64,000 nt of DNA from positions 1-64,000 of the IMG/VR virus record IMGVR_UViG_3300032116_014939; one strand, written 5' to 3'. Below the pieces are notes generated by a model. The model was given only the letters and a program-made list of their open reading frames with translations. It did no database searches and had not been told where the DNA came from. This document shows, one piece after another, positions 34,494-45,070 of the stretch (positions within the stretch are counted from its first letter, which is position 1; each line of letters opens with the position of its first letter). A program made the translations under genes and the position numbers.

Positions 34494-35213
34494 TTATTTT
34501 AAAAATATTTTATTTTCTTTATCAATAAATGACTCACCATCAGCCTGAGTCGTTATTCTCTTCTTTAGAACACCCATAGTTAATCTCTGTTCCGCACATA
34601 TAATATTAAAAAATGTGTCAGCACAGTCCCATCTATGCGTTCTCAACTGATTCATAATTGTTTTACGTGATTTTTTTGAGAACATAATACATTGTAAACC
34701 AATTATTTTATTTGTTATAAACAATAAATCCTGATTAGGTATTTCTCTAACAACATCTGATTGATGCCATCCGTAATCTAAAGTCTTAGTATCACCAAAT
34801 GAAAAATAAGAAATATCTTCCTGATTAACAATACTACAAACCTGATTAACTTTATCTATAAATTCTTCAATTGGAACTTCAATAATACAGTCCCCTTCAC
34901 ATACAATTAAAAAATCCAAATCGTTATCAAATTCTGATAATATCCCAATTTTAAACGCCTCAAAACATCCATAGTGAGCCGGAGTTAAAGCGTTTCCATA
35001 TTCAGGGTCATTAACGTCTTCATATTTACCCATCCTAACATTATGTGGTCTAACACTGGTATGAACAGGTGGTAATGAAATATATAATTCATTTTGATGT
35101 AACACATATTCAATTCCATAAGGAATTACCTGTTGTACAGATTTTCTCGATTCTTTTTCTCTGTGTTCATTTTGTGTTGTCTGTAAATGAACTAATTTAA
35201 TTTTATAATTCAT
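34494..35213 (-). CDS. GT25-like glycosyltransferase
   Basis: HYGCFEAF...IVCEGD pattern. Confidence 0.6.
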   Translation of the reverse strand: MNYKIKLVHLQTTQNEHREKESRKSVQQVIPYGIEYVLHQNELYISLPPVHTSVRPHNVRMGKYEDVNDPEYGNALTPAHYGCFEAFKIGILSEFDNDLDFLIVCEGDCIIEVPIEEFIDKVNQVCSIVNQEDISYFSFGDTKTLDYGWHQSDVVREIPNQDLLFITNKIIGLQCIMFSKKSRKTIMNQLRTHRWDCADTFFNIICAEQRLTMGVLKKRITTQADGESFIDKENKIFLK

Positions 35214-35214
35214 A

Positions 35215-35787
35215 TCAATTTTTTATAAACGAACCCCATAAAACTTGTTTAAAATCATCATACATGTATGTACTTAAATTAAGTTCAGGTAAATATCTTT
35301 CAATATTTTTATAATGCGACTCTGAGTTTGTTGGCCAATTTATTCTTTGTTTAATAACATTATATTCTTCATCACTATGTGAATAATCGTGAAGCATTAT
35401 AACATCATTCTTTTTCAAGTACTTTGAATATAATCGAAACTCAAGTTCCTTGTCCCCACCATCACATAAAAAAAGAGTTCTCCCTGAATTATTAATTAAA
35501 TCACGAATATCTCTCATAATATCAATATCAAAACAATCTCCAATTCTTAATTCAGTGTCTTTAAGATTATTAACTTCACAATAATCAGGATTAATATCGT
35601 AAGAAATTATTTTACAATTGTCTGATTTATTTTCAGACAACCATAAAGTGAACGCACCTGTAAATGTTCCAATTTCAATTATTAATTCGAAATTTTTTAA
35701 TATTTTAGGAAAAACATCAACAACAAATTGACTTTGTGCCGACCTATGATAAGTGGTCTTTGGCACCCATAAAAAATTGTAATCCAT
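35215..35787 (-). CDS. Class I SAM-dependent methyltransferase (CmcI/Methyltransf_24-like)
   Basis: IIEIGTFTG...SYD...CDGG...LHD. Confidence 0.75.
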   Translation of the reverse strand: MDYNFLWVPKTTYHRSAQSQFVVDVFPKILKNFELIIEIGTFTGAFTLWLSENKSDNCKIISYDINPDYCEVNNLKDTELRIGDCFDIDIMRDIRDLINNSGRTLFLCDGGDKELEFRLYSKYLKKNDVIMLHDYSHSDEEYNVIKQRINWPTNSESHYKNIERYLPELNLSTYMYDDFKQVLWGSFIKN

Positions 35788-36554
35788 TATCTTAAAGAAT
35801 TGTTTAAATTATATGATGAATTTTCATCTCCAATATGATAACAAATTCTTTCTGAATGTAAAAAAGATTTGAATCTTTTTGAGAATCTTATTGCAAATTC
35901 TAATTCAAAAGAATCCATATTATTATTAAAAGTGTCAATTTGATTTAATTTATTTACATCATGAATTGCCGGTCTAAAACCAAAGTATGGCCAATTAATA
36001 TATTTAATCCACAATCCCTTAACCGCATGTAAATCTTCTTCAACAGTATCATCAAACAAAGGTTCGTTTAAATAATGTTTATCAGAATAATACCATTCCC
36101 AAAAATTACCAATCACTCTCGGTTGAAATAACTCTTTTGGGAATATCTTTTTTTTCCAAGAGAATCCTACCATACCAACATCTTCATTATTTTTTAATAA
36201 TTCAACTCCTTCATAAAGGTTAAATGGATTTTCAAAAAACCAATCATCTTCCAAATGAAAAACATAATCAATATTAAAAAATTTAATATCTTCTTTCCAT
36301 TTTTTCATTATTTCCAAATGTCTTCGATTAGTATTAAATGAATTAGTATTAAATCTTTTAGACACTATTAAAGTTTCAGGAAATAATCTATTCAGTAAAG
36401 AAAACATTATATCTCTATCTTCTAAAGAAGAAGAATCATCGTAGTGGATTATAATATCAATTAAATTTAAATCTTCACATTCTTTGGTAAAAGAAATTAT
36501 TGTTTTTTCAAATAAATCAATTCGTTTACAAGTTGTTATAGTTAATCCAATCAT
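35787..36554 (-). CDS. GT2-like glycosyltransferase
   Basis: ITTCKR...YDDSS...YVFHLEDDW...HIG. Confidence 0.8.
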   Translation of the reverse strand: MIGLTITTCKRIDLFEKTIISFTKECEDLNLIDIIIHYDDSSSLEDRDIMFSLLNRLFPETLIVSKRFNTNSFNTNRRHLEIMKKWKEDIKFFNIDYVFHLEDDWFFENPFNLYEGVELLKNNEDVGMVGFSWKKKIFPKELFQPRVIGNFWEWYYSDKHYLNEPLFDDTVEEDLHAVKGLWIKYINWPYFGFRPAIHDVNKLNQIDTFNNNMDSFELEFAIRFSKRFKSFLHSERICYHIGDENSSYNLNNSLR

Positions 36555-38287
36555 GAAAAAATAATGTAATCAAGAATATTTTTATTTATAAAATCATATA
36601 AAAATTCATCATCTTGAGTATCGTACACTGATATTTTTTCAACTTTATTTTCAAAAATATTAAATGACCAATGTCCATAATTTTCTAACCCGTGGTATAT
36701 AGTTTCTAAACTACCATCAATATAGTTAACAACTATTTTTCTTTCCGACCTAAAATGATTGTAATTGTAGGATAATAACATTATAGAATTTTGTCCTGAC
36801 ATATTATAAAGTTTTGTAGAACATCCTTTGAATTTTGAAGATACATTACTAACAGTTGTTTCCGTATTCCATAAGGTATTTTGGAAATCAGTGTTCATAT
36901 CAACTTCTCCGTCTTTTCGAATTATTAAACCATAATCTTTTCTATTTATGTTATCATAAAGATATTTTTCAACATTTATAAAGTCAGTACCATACCCATT
37001 ATTTTGTAAATAATTTTTATAATCTTCCTCACAATTAATCCTATTAATTATCTGTTGGAAGTATTCTATTTCACAATAAAAATAATGGAACGAAACATCT
37101 CTACCTTCATTAAAATAAAACATTCCCTTTTTGTTTTGAGTAGAACAAATCACTGGTACAGTTGTCATATATTCATAACCTTCTTCACTATATAAATCAT
37201 CAACTTCAATTCTTTGGAAATGTGTAAACCCAAATGACTTACACAAATCTAATGAGTTAAACAAATTAACCATAACAGGTAATCCATGTTTTTGTATTGT
37301 GTTTGTAACTTCATGAGTTGTTAATGAACCAAGGTTTTTCCAAAAAATAACTGGTTCGGAATTAGTGTATTCACCTTCAAAAAGAATATTATTTGAGTTA
37401 TATAAATGATAATCAACAATTTTTAATATATGTTCAGGAACAATAGTATTAGACACAAGAAGTATTGTATGGTTATACTTTTTTAAGTTATTAACACATA
37501 ACTCCAACTTATTTAAAACATTTTCATTATGAATAAAACAATCAACTATTGTTATTGTTTTAAACTCATCTTTAATATTTTGTTTTTTGAGTTCATTAGA
37601 AACTATTATGTTTTTTTTGTTTTTTTCCTCTTCTGAAACATTTGAAAACATACCATCATTTGATATTCGATAAATTCCCCCACATTTATGAATACACTTA
37701 ATTAAACCGTGTTTACTAATTTCATAATTGAGTGGCCAATCAACATAAGGTAAATTTGTAAAATAATCCTTTATTAAATTTGGAATGTTTCTAAACACCC
37801 TTGCAAAAGATGCGTGATTGATAGTTAATAAATCATTTGTTGTTACATCGTCAAGAAATGAACTAATAAACAATTCAGGCACTGTAGGTATCTTGGTACC
37901 ATCAGGATACAAGTATCTTGTTCCTGTACAGACCATACTATAATTTGGGCTGTTTTCTAAAAACTCAACTTCTTCATTTAAGATTGTATAATTATCAAAA
38001 TAATCATCACCATCAATATATGCAATGTATTTTGTTTTACAGTAATTTAATAAAGTTCTAATATTTTCAAGAGCACCTAAATTAACATCACCATTTAAAA
38101 TAACTAAATCAGGATACTTTTCTTTTAATTCAACTAAAACATCTTTAGTATTGTCTGTTGAACAATCATCTCTAACTACTACCTGAAAACCATAGGTGAT
38201 TTTTTGTTTATAAATTGAATCAACACACTCCTTGAGGTATTTCTCAAAATTATATGACGATACAATGACCGAAAGTAATTTTTCCAT
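36551..38287 (-). CDS. GT2 glycosyltransferase with additional C-terminal domain(s)
   Basis: SVIVSSYN, DDCSTD and YIDGDD motifs. Confidence 0.88.
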   Translation of the reverse strand: MEKLLSVIVSSYNFEKYLKECVDSIYKQKITYGFQVVVRDDCSTDNTKDVLVELKEKYPDLVILNGDVNLGALENIRTLLNYCKTKYIAYIDGDDYFDNYTILNEEVEFLENSPNYSMVCTGTRYLYPDGTKIPTVPELFISSFLDDVTTNDLLTINHASFARVFRNIPNLIKDYFTNLPYVDWPLNYEISKHGLIKCIHKCGGIYRISNDGMFSNVSEEEKNKKNIIVSNELKKQNIKDEFKTITIVDCFIHNENVLNKLELCVNNLKKYNHTILLVSNTIVPEHILKIVDYHLYNSNNILFEGEYTNSEPVIFWKNLGSLTTHEVTNTIQKHGLPVMVNLFNSLDLCKSFGFTHFQRIEVDDLYSEEGYEYMTTVPVICSTQNKKGMFYFNEGRDVSFHYFYCEIEYFQQIINRINCEEDYKNYLQNNGYGTDFINVEKYLYDNINRKDYGLIIRKDGEVDMNTDFQNTLWNTETTVSNVSSKFKGCSTKLYNMSGQNSIMLLSYNYNHFRSERKIVVNYIDGSLETIYHGLENYGHWSFNIFENKVEKISVYDTQDDEFLYDFINKNILDYIIFS

Positions 38288-38874
38288 TATTTAATTTTAT
38301 TTACAGGAACCCCAACATAAGTTCCAGGTTTATCTATATCTTTAACAACACTTCCATTCATCCCAATTATAACATCATCACAAATTGTTATCTTTTCTCT
38401 TATTGATGAGTTATTACCCATATAACAATTATCACCAATTAAAACACTACCTGAAACAACAGAACCAGCCATAGCACTAAAACAATCACCTATTACAACA
38501 TCGTGTCCGATATTAACATTTCTATTTAAAATAGCATGATTACCAATCTTAACATTAGTAGTTATAACACAATTAGCTCCAATAAATGAACCTTCACCAA
38601 TTACAATATTTCTATTCAGTAAAATTGATGATGGGTGGATAAATGAAAAATATTTAGTATCTTCAGGTAATGATTTTTGAATTCTTGACCTAACCTGACT
38701 ATCAGCAATTGCAATCATAATTGAATATTCTTTTGAATTAAATTGTGATAATGGTAATGTTTTATCCTCCCCTTTGAAATACTCATCTTCAACAAATCTA
38801 GTTACATCATAATTTGTATGTGCAATTACTTCCCTTAAATGACCTCCATTACCAATAAACGCTTTCTTAATCAT
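38287..38874 (-). CDS. Sugar O/N-acetyltransferase, NeuD/PglD family
   Basis: IGNGGH, IHPS, hexapeptide repeats, IGHD, YVGVP. Confidence 0.9.
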   Translation of the reverse strand: MIKKAFIGNGGHLREVIAHTNYDVTRFVEDEYFKGEDKTLPLSQFNSKEYSIMIAIADSQVRSRIQKSLPEDTKYFSFIHPSSILLNRNIVIGEGSFIGANCVITTNVKIGNHAILNRNVNIGHDVVIGDCFSAMAGSVVSGSVLIGDNCYMGNNSSIREKITICDDVIIGMNGSVVKDIDKPGTYVGVPVNKIK

Positions 38875-39494
38875 ATTTTTTTTAAATAAAATGCATCACC
38901 CCAAACACCGTCAACATTCCATGTCTCTTGTCTTTGAAATCCAAATGGCAATAAAAACTCATCAAGTTGTTCAATAGACGGACAACCATCATACATTTCA
39001 ATCAAATTAAACTCTGTAAATATATAATCAATATTCTTTAAAGTATTAATTGAACCTTTAAGAGCATTTAACTCATATCCTTGTGTATCTAAAACTAAAA
39101 CATTACAAGAAGTTATATTATAAAAATCTAATGTACTTAAAGTAATGTTAATAGTGTTTTCATCACTAAATTTAATATGTGGGTAAAAACTTTGATGTTC
39201 CTTAGGTTTCAATAATGAAGAACTTTGTTGTCCATTACCTTCATCAAGATACATTTTGTGTATACCATTTCTTTCACCTATCGCAACATTATAATAAAAT
39301 GTGTTAGGTTTACCATTTAAATTTTTAGATAGTTCTTTATACACATGTGGTATAGGTTCAAACCAATATGTAGATATCATACCAAATGTTCTTAAATATT
39401 CATCATACTCTTGACCAACATGGGCACCAACATGAATTACACCAGTAACATTAAAGTTGTACTTATGTTTATATTCGTTGAAACCTACAATCAT
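38871..39494 (-). CDS. FkbM-family methyltransferase
   Basis: HVGAH.G, FEP and LDTQGYEL motifs. Confidence 0.9.
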   Translation of the reverse strand: MIVGFNEYKHKYNFNVTGVIHVGAHVGQEYDEYLRTFGMISTYWFEPIPHVYKELSKNLNGKPNTFYYNVAIGERNGIHKMYLDEGNGQQSSSLLKPKEHQSFYPHIKFSDENTINITLSTLDFYNITSCNVLVLDTQGYELNALKGSINTLKNIDYIFTEFNLIEMYDGCPSIEQLDEFLLPFGFQRQETWNVDGVWGDAFYLKKI

Positions 39495-42091
39495 TTATAG
39501 ATATCAAATTTTGATAGGTCAGGGTATGGTAATTCCAAATCCTCGTTGTGTTTAGGTGTACCATCCATATTATAGAACTGATTCATAAGTAATAAACCTC
39601 TTGAAGCAATTTCAGGCATCATGTAAAAATTCCATCCTAACATGTCAAAATTATCATCATGATATGAAACTTCATTTCTACCTGAGTATCTCGCCCGTTT
39701 AAACCATTTATAAGCCTCAAAGTCATCAGTTAGGATTGCTCCACCCTTACCTAGTTTCAAGTGTTTATACGGTCCAGTAAAAGATAAACACATATGAGTT
39801 CCTGGTATATACATGTCATTGGTGAATCTTAGTGCTGAATCCCAAACATTTGTTGGTGATAGTTGGTAAGCTCCTTTAATCGTAGAACCATAGACTGGTT
39901 CAAATTCAACTTTACCACCAGCATGGATAATCTCACAAGGAACTGATGGATATGTTCTACTTGGTATTTTAATTGTTTTACCAGTAATTTTTTCATAATA
40001 CAATGCTAAGAACAAAGCGTTACTTTGATTATCAATCGTAACTGCGTAAGGTGCTCCTGTATATTCTGCTAATCGTTCTTCAAAACTCTTTGTAACATCA
40101 TAAACGGATTTAGATAGTGTACCAGGTGTTCTTAATTTAACATTTTTAGGTTTAGCAAAAATAACTCCGTGTTTAGCATTTTTATTTGACTTAGTTTTTT
40201 TACCTAATTCATAAACAATAATATCATATTCAAAATTATTTCTATCTAATTTTTCAAGTATAATATTAATTTCACCGTTAGTATTTTCATGAAACTCAAT
40301 CATAAATCTATCCACCAATCCAATTTGTTCATCAGTAATTGATTCAAAAATTGGGTACTCACCACCCTCAATATCACATTTAAATAATGATATCCTACCA
40401 TAGTTATTATCTTTGTAGATATCATCAATAGTAATAGTATCACAACTAATTAAATTATTAAGTTGTCCATATTCTCCCACATTACCGTCAAAAACATTTG
40501 ACCCAATAGTTGAATTTTCTTTTGAAAATCTGAAATCAATCTTGGTATGTTCCTTATAAACAGGATTCATATAGATAGTTGATTTATTCAAATCACCATC
40601 TAAATGATATTCAATACTTTCTCTTAAGTATGGATTTGCTTCAACTAAAATAACTTTTTTAGCGTTTACCGAATACATATACTTAGCAAATAACCCAACA
40701 TTAGCACCAATATCTATTACCGTATCAAGATTTTCTAACTTTAAATCATCAAAACATCTATCAACAAAAAACTCATAATAGTTAATGTAGTTACAGTCCA
40801 AAGGTTTAAATTTAAACTCAGGTATTCTTGGGTAAAAATTAGGATTAACAATCAACTCTTGACCAAAAACTAACTCATTTGTTTGAGAATCATAAAACTC
40901 AACTAAGAATCCTCTAAAATTACGATTATCTTTGAATTTCTTAATGTGTATTGGAATAGGTATTGTCCAATAAAATATTGGGTACTCCAATGGTAAATTA
41001 AACCAATACATTGGAGCCTTTGAAGTCATATCTCTAATACTAACATTAAAATCAAACTTTTGGTTACCGGTATAGTTAATAGTAATTTGATTATTATCAC
41101 CATTGAAACCAAAACTGAAAAGAGAGTCAATACCCCCCACATTTAACACATCCATCATATTATTTACATCTTTATCTATATCTCCAGTTAAAAATGTAAC
41201 TTGAGGTAGTTTATCATATTTTCCACAATACACATCCAAATTATACATCATCATAGGAATACCATATTCAATGGCTTCCTTAATTGCAATTGGATTTAAT
41301 TCTTTATTATTTCTATCACCTTTTGATGGGAACATGAACAAATCGGACGCTTCTAAAAATTCATTTACATTATCCTTTTCACCCCAAACAATACAGTTTT
41401 CAGGTTTATTGTTCATCAATGGTTCCCAATAACTTCTAAAGTTATCTGCTTGATTTCCAATAAAATGAAATTTAATTTTGTTGTTTTCTAACTTACGAGC
41501 AATTTCAAAAATGTATTTTTGATTTTTTCTTTCAGTGAATAACCCGACATTAACAACGTGTTTCCACCCTTTATCGAACCCAAGTTTTTCTTGGAATAAT
41601 TCCTTTCTCTTTTCTCGGTTTTCAATAGGATACTCAATTACCTCATAAGGTATGTCAAACATTGAATACTGAATAGCATTAAACACACTAACAAAAATAA
41701 ACTTGTCAGGAAACCAAACCTTAGATGTTGGTTTGAAACTTGAGTCGTGTGTTGTTTCAAATATTTTGTATGAACGGTTTTGTCTATAAATTTGTCTTGT
41801 AATGTTGTTATCCATGAAAAATTCAGGGAACTCCTCCATCGATATAATATCAGGTTGGAAATCGTTAATAACATTAATCAAAACATTCTTATCATCCCAT
41901 AAAGTGATAAGATTATCTTCACCAATCATATTTTTAATTCTGTTCTTCTGAACAACAAAATCCCATGAATAACATCCGTATTCAATACATTTTATAATAT
42001 AATCATCTTTAAGAAGTTGAATCTTATTTGTAGTAACCTGTGGAAGTCCCCCTGTAGATAGATGTGGGACTATAAATAATATTTTCTTCAT
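39491..42091 (-). CDS. Fusion of GT4 glycosyltransferase, FkbM methyltransferase and DegT/DnrJ-type aminotransferase
   Basis: PHLSTGG...RKNQ...KEA; IDIGANVG...KCDIEGGE; FEERLAEY...DSA...SF...KHL..G.GG. Likely start MKKILF. Confidence 0.85.
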   Translation of the reverse strand: MKKILFIVPHLSTGGLPQVTTNKIQLLKDDYIIKCIEYGCYSWDFVVQKNRIKNMIGEDNLITLWDDKNVLINVINDFQPDIISMEEFPEFFMDNNITRQIYRQNRSYKIFETTHDSSFKPTSKVWFPDKFIFVSVFNAIQYSMFDIPYEVIEYPIENREKRKELFQEKLGFDKGWKHVVNVGLFTERKNQKYIFEIARKLENNKIKFHFIGNQADNFRSYWEPLMNNKPENCIVWGEKDNVNEFLEASDLFMFPSKGDRNNKELNPIAIKEAIEYGIPMMMYNLDVYCGKYDKLPQVTFLTGDIDKDVNNMMDVLNVGGIDSLFSFGFNGDNNQITINYTGNQKFDFNVSIRDMTSKAPMYWFNLPLEYPIFYWTIPIPIHIKKFKDNRNFRGFLVEFYDSQTNELVFGQELIVNPNFYPRIPEFKFKPLDCNYINYYEFFVDRCFDDLKLENLDTVIDIGANVGLFAKYMYSVNAKKVILVEANPYLRESIEYHLDGDLNKSTIYMNPVYKEHTKIDFRFSKENSTIGSNVFDGNVGEYGQLNNLISCDTITIDDIYKDNNYGRISLFKCDIEGGEYPIFESITDEQIGLVDRFMIEFHENTNGEINIILEKLDRNNFEYDIIVYELGKKTKSNKNAKHGVIFAKPKNVKLRTPGTLSKSVYDVTKSFEERLAEYTGAPYAVTIDNQSNALFLALYYEKITGKTIKIPSRTYPSVPCEIIHAGGKVEFEPVYGSTIKGAYQLSPTNVWDSALRFTNDMYIPGTHMCLSFTGPYKHLKLGKGGAILTDDFEAYKWFKRARYSGRNEVSYHDDNFDMLGWNFYMMPEIASRGLLLMNQFYNMDGTPKHNEDLELPYPDLSKFDIYK

Positions 42092-42165
42092 ACCTAAAAA
42101 AAATAACAATATTTATTTCATAAATCCATAGAATACACTATCTTTACAAAAAAATATATAACACA

Positions 42166-42552
42166 ATGAAAAAATTTATCTTATCAATCTTTTTGGTTCT
42201 TTCAACACTATTATCATTCTCTCAAGAAGTAGGTTTTGCTAAAGCCGTAGAACTCTATACAGGCTACAGAGACACAAATAACGAAATCGTATGGAATGGT
42301 TCACCAACATCCGTAGACATCCTGATTAAACTTGAGGATGATAAAGTAACCATCTTTAGTCAACAAACACAAATATATCGTGTTGTTACTAAAATACGTG
42401 ATGAAGAATCAATTATTACTTATAGAATGCTCGATTCAAATGGTATCAATTGTAACTTCCATATGGGACCATCTGAGACTCAAGGTTATATATTTATTGC
42501 AATTGAATACAGTGATTACGCTTGGATGTATCTAACAGAGATAGACGAATAA
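42166..42552 (+). CDS. Secreted hypothetical protein
   Basis: MKKFILSIFL...FSQ signal peptide. Confidence 0.75.
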   Translation: MKKFILSIFLVLSTLLSFSQEVGFAKAVELYTGYRDTNNEIVWNGSPTSVDILIKLEDDKVTIFSQQTQIYRVVTKIRDEESIITYRMLDSNGINCNFHMGPSETQGYIFIAIEYSDYAWMYLTEIDE

Positions 42553-42554
42553 GT

Positions 42555-43475
42555 CTACCCCCTCTTATGTTTAACATACATCTTAACATAAAAATCCCCA
42601 AGACCTTCATTTCTAAAACCCTTACCTTTAATACGTAAGGGTTTTTGTGTATCTATAGTTTCAGGTAATTTAATATTCAAATTTCCCGATGGGTGTGGTA
42701 TATCTAAATTATCTTTATTAAAGTCATCTAAAGACATTTGATAGTTGTAAACTAAATCATTATTAAGTTTTTCAAAACCATTTTGTTCAACCACTTGAAC
42801 TTTCAAAATTGCATCCCCAAACATACCATCGTGCCAGTCACCATAACCTGAAGCTTTAATCATTTGACCATCGCTAATTCCATGTGGGATATTTAAATTA
42901 ATGGTTTGCATTTCATTATTCTTACCTTCACCCGCACATGAATAACAAACATTTTTAAGATTAAATCCCTTACCATTACAACTATTACAAGTAACTTGAA
43001 AAATGTTTGAGAAGAATGAATTACCAACTCTTTGAGTTATTCTACCAGACCCATTACAAGTGTTACAAGTAGTTCTTTCACCACCTTGTCCCCCACAACT
43101 ATTACACATATTTTTACGTTGGAATCTTATGTCTATGTTTTTACTCAAGAATGAATCAAGAGTTCCTATCTGAACATCAATAACTTTATCAGGTGCCTTT
43201 CTAACTCTTTGCCCTGTCATGTTTGAAAAGAAGTCCCCAAACGATGAAAATGGGTCACCTCCCATATCACCAAAAGGATTACTTCTTCTCATATCATAAT
43301 CTTTTCTTTTTTGTTCATCACCTAAGGTATCATAGGCTTCAGATATTTTTTTAAATATTTCTTCATCTCCACCTTTATCAGGGTGTGATTCAACGGCTTT
43401 TTTTCTATAAGCCTTTTTAATTTCATCCTGTGATGCCGTTTCTGTAACACCTAAAATATCGTAAAAATTTTCCAA
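42555..43475 (-). CDS. dnaJ: DnaJ co-chaperone
   Basis: J-domain with HPD, G/F region, four CxxCxGxG repeats, C-terminal domain. Confidence 0.92.
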   Translation of the reverse strand: MENFYDILGVTETASQDEIKKAYRKKAVESHPDKGGDEEIFKKISEAYDTLGDEQKRKDYDMRRSNPFGDMGGDPFSSFGDFFSNMTGQRVRKAPDKVIDVQIGTLDSFLSKNIDIRFQRKNMCNSCGGQGGERTTCNTCNGSGRITQRVGNSFFSNIFQVTCNSCNGKGFNLKNVCYSCAGEGKNNEMQTINLNIPHGISDGQMIKASGYGDWHDGMFGDAILKVQVVEQNGFEKLNNDLVYNYQMSLDDFNKDNLDIPHPSGNLNIKLPETIDTQKPLRIKGKGFRNEGLGDFYVKMYVKHKRG

Positions 43476-43513
43476 CTGTTTTTATTTTTGAAAAGTTTAT
43501 TAATTTATATTCT

Positions 43514-44146
43514 ATGAACGATAAATTTCATATATACATCTTTAAGAATAATAAAAAAAAGAAAAAACTCAAATCCTTTGTGAGAGAAAAACTTGCAAAA
43601 GATTATTACGAAAATTTAATTAAAAAGTCAAATGAAATAATTTTTGATAAGAAATTTGAATCAGGTAAAGAATGTCGTTTTCACATTGCACTTATCACCA
43701 ATAAATTTATTGATGGTAACATTCATTATTTAGATGAATTTGGTAGGAATATCACAATATCCCCTAAAATTGATGATACAAATTATATCCAAATTATTAA
43801 AACGTATAAAGTTGAAGAATCAATATATGATGTAAAAAATGATACCCGTATTTCAATTGACGACTTTTTTAAACAATACATTAAAAAAGATAAAATATAT
43901 ATGGTCTCTCAACTTAAGAATAAATTTATACTTCAAAATGATGATGATTATAAATTATTCTCTTTAAAAAATTCTGAAGATTGTGATAGATTATTGGAAA
44001 TATTCACAACACTTAGAGATAAAGGTAATATGATAATAGTTAAAGATATCTCAACTGTTCAAAGAAAATATCTCTATAATTTACTTATTGAAAGGGGGTT
44101 TAATAAGAAATTTTTATATACAAGTTACACTACTTATCCAAGATAA
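43514..44146 (+). CDS. Hypothetical basic protein
   Basis: 210-aa ORF. Confidence 0.7.
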   Translation: MNDKFHIYIFKNNKKKKKLKSFVREKLAKDYYENLIKKSNEIIFDKKFESGKECRFHIALITNKFIDGNIHYLDEFGRNITISPKIDDTNYIQIIKTYKVEESIYDVKNDTRISIDDFFKQYIKKDKIYMVSQLKNKFILQNDDDYKLFSLKNSEDCDRLLEIFTTLRDKGNMIIVKDISTVQRKYLYNLLIERGFNKKFLYTSYTTYPR

Positions 44147-44345
44147 AAATAAAATCAGTTCCTGAGATGTCAATTTTAAACGTCTCACTATCATAGTTAC
44201 CATCAACATTTGCAACTACATGATAATACTCTTGTTCTTTTAATTCAAATATAACACTCGCCTTACCATTAAAAAGGTTTTGTGATGCATCCGCAATTAT
44301 TGCTAATTTACTTAAAAGTTCAGTACCTTCTTTATCCTTTGCCAT
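44130..44345 (-). CDS. Hypothetical protein
   Basis: 71-aa ORF in an operon. Confidence 0.6.
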   Translation of the reverse strand: MAKDKEGTELLSKLAIIADASQNLFNGKASVIFELKEQEYYHVVANVDGNYDSETFKIDISGTDFIFILDK

Positions 44346-44509
44346 AATGTTATTTTTTTTGGTTTTTCAAACAAATCGTCTTTTTTTAACTCTTTGAAGA
44401 AGTTTGCCGTGTTTTCTTTTTCTCTTTTTAAATCTTCATTGAGTTTATTCCTCAATGAGTTCAGAGATTCCAGCTGTTTCTGTATTTCCTTGTTTTGGTC
44501 CATTGTCAA
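44312..44509 (-). CDS. Hypothetical protein
   Basis: 65-aa ORF. Confidence 0.55.
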   Translation of the reverse strand: MTMDQNKEIQKQLESLNSLRNKLNEDLKREKENTANFFKELKKDDLFEKPKKITLWQRIKKVLNF

Positions 44510-44882
44510 CTAAAACATTTTGTGTTAATTCAAATTTTAATTTCTTAAGATTTTCTAAATTTTCTTTATCAAATATATTTTTAAGTTCAGAAACTCTATC
44601 TTCAAATAGTTTTTCCTTAGCCTCTCTTTCTAAATTGTATCTAACAATACCTAATATATTATTCTGAATTAAGTTAAGATTATTCTCATCAAAATCAGAA
44701 ACAAATGATAAATATAATTTATCTTCTAAAGTTCCATTATTCAAAAATTTATCTTCAACTATATATTTTTTAGGTATTTTCCATGTTTTAGAAAATAACA
44801 CATCGAAAACAATATAGTTTTCAAGTTTTCTAACTTGGTGTAGGTAGTCAAATATTGGACTAATTTCTTTGTAAAAACTCAT
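44445..44882 (-). CDS. Hypothetical protein
   Basis: 145-aa ORF. Confidence 0.7.
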   Translation of the reverse strand: MSFYKEISPIFDYLHQVRKLENYIVFDVLFSKTWKIPKKYIVEDKFLNNGTLEDKLYLSFVSDFDENNLNLIQNNILGIVRYNLEREAKEKLFEDRVSELKNIFDKENLENLKKLKFELTQNVLVDNGPKQGNTETAGISELIEE

Positions 44883-45070
44883 ACTGAAAGTATTATATAT
44901 GTAATAAAATAAGTTAATGTAAAATGGAATAAAAAAGCTTCCCCATTACCTAACACCATTTTTTTAGGTGGTGTTTGTAATAGGGAAGTTATAAACACTG
45001 TTGAAATTTTCAAAACATTTAAAATGCTAAATACAAAAATAAATAAAAATAAATTTTCTAAATTAATCAT
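44879..45070 (-). CDS. Small two-TM membrane protein
   Basis: Two hydrophobic segments; likely start MINLE. Confidence 0.6.
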   Translation of the reverse strand: MINLENLFLFIFVFSILNVLKISTVFITSLLQTPPKKMVLGNGEAFLFHFTLTYFITYIILSV

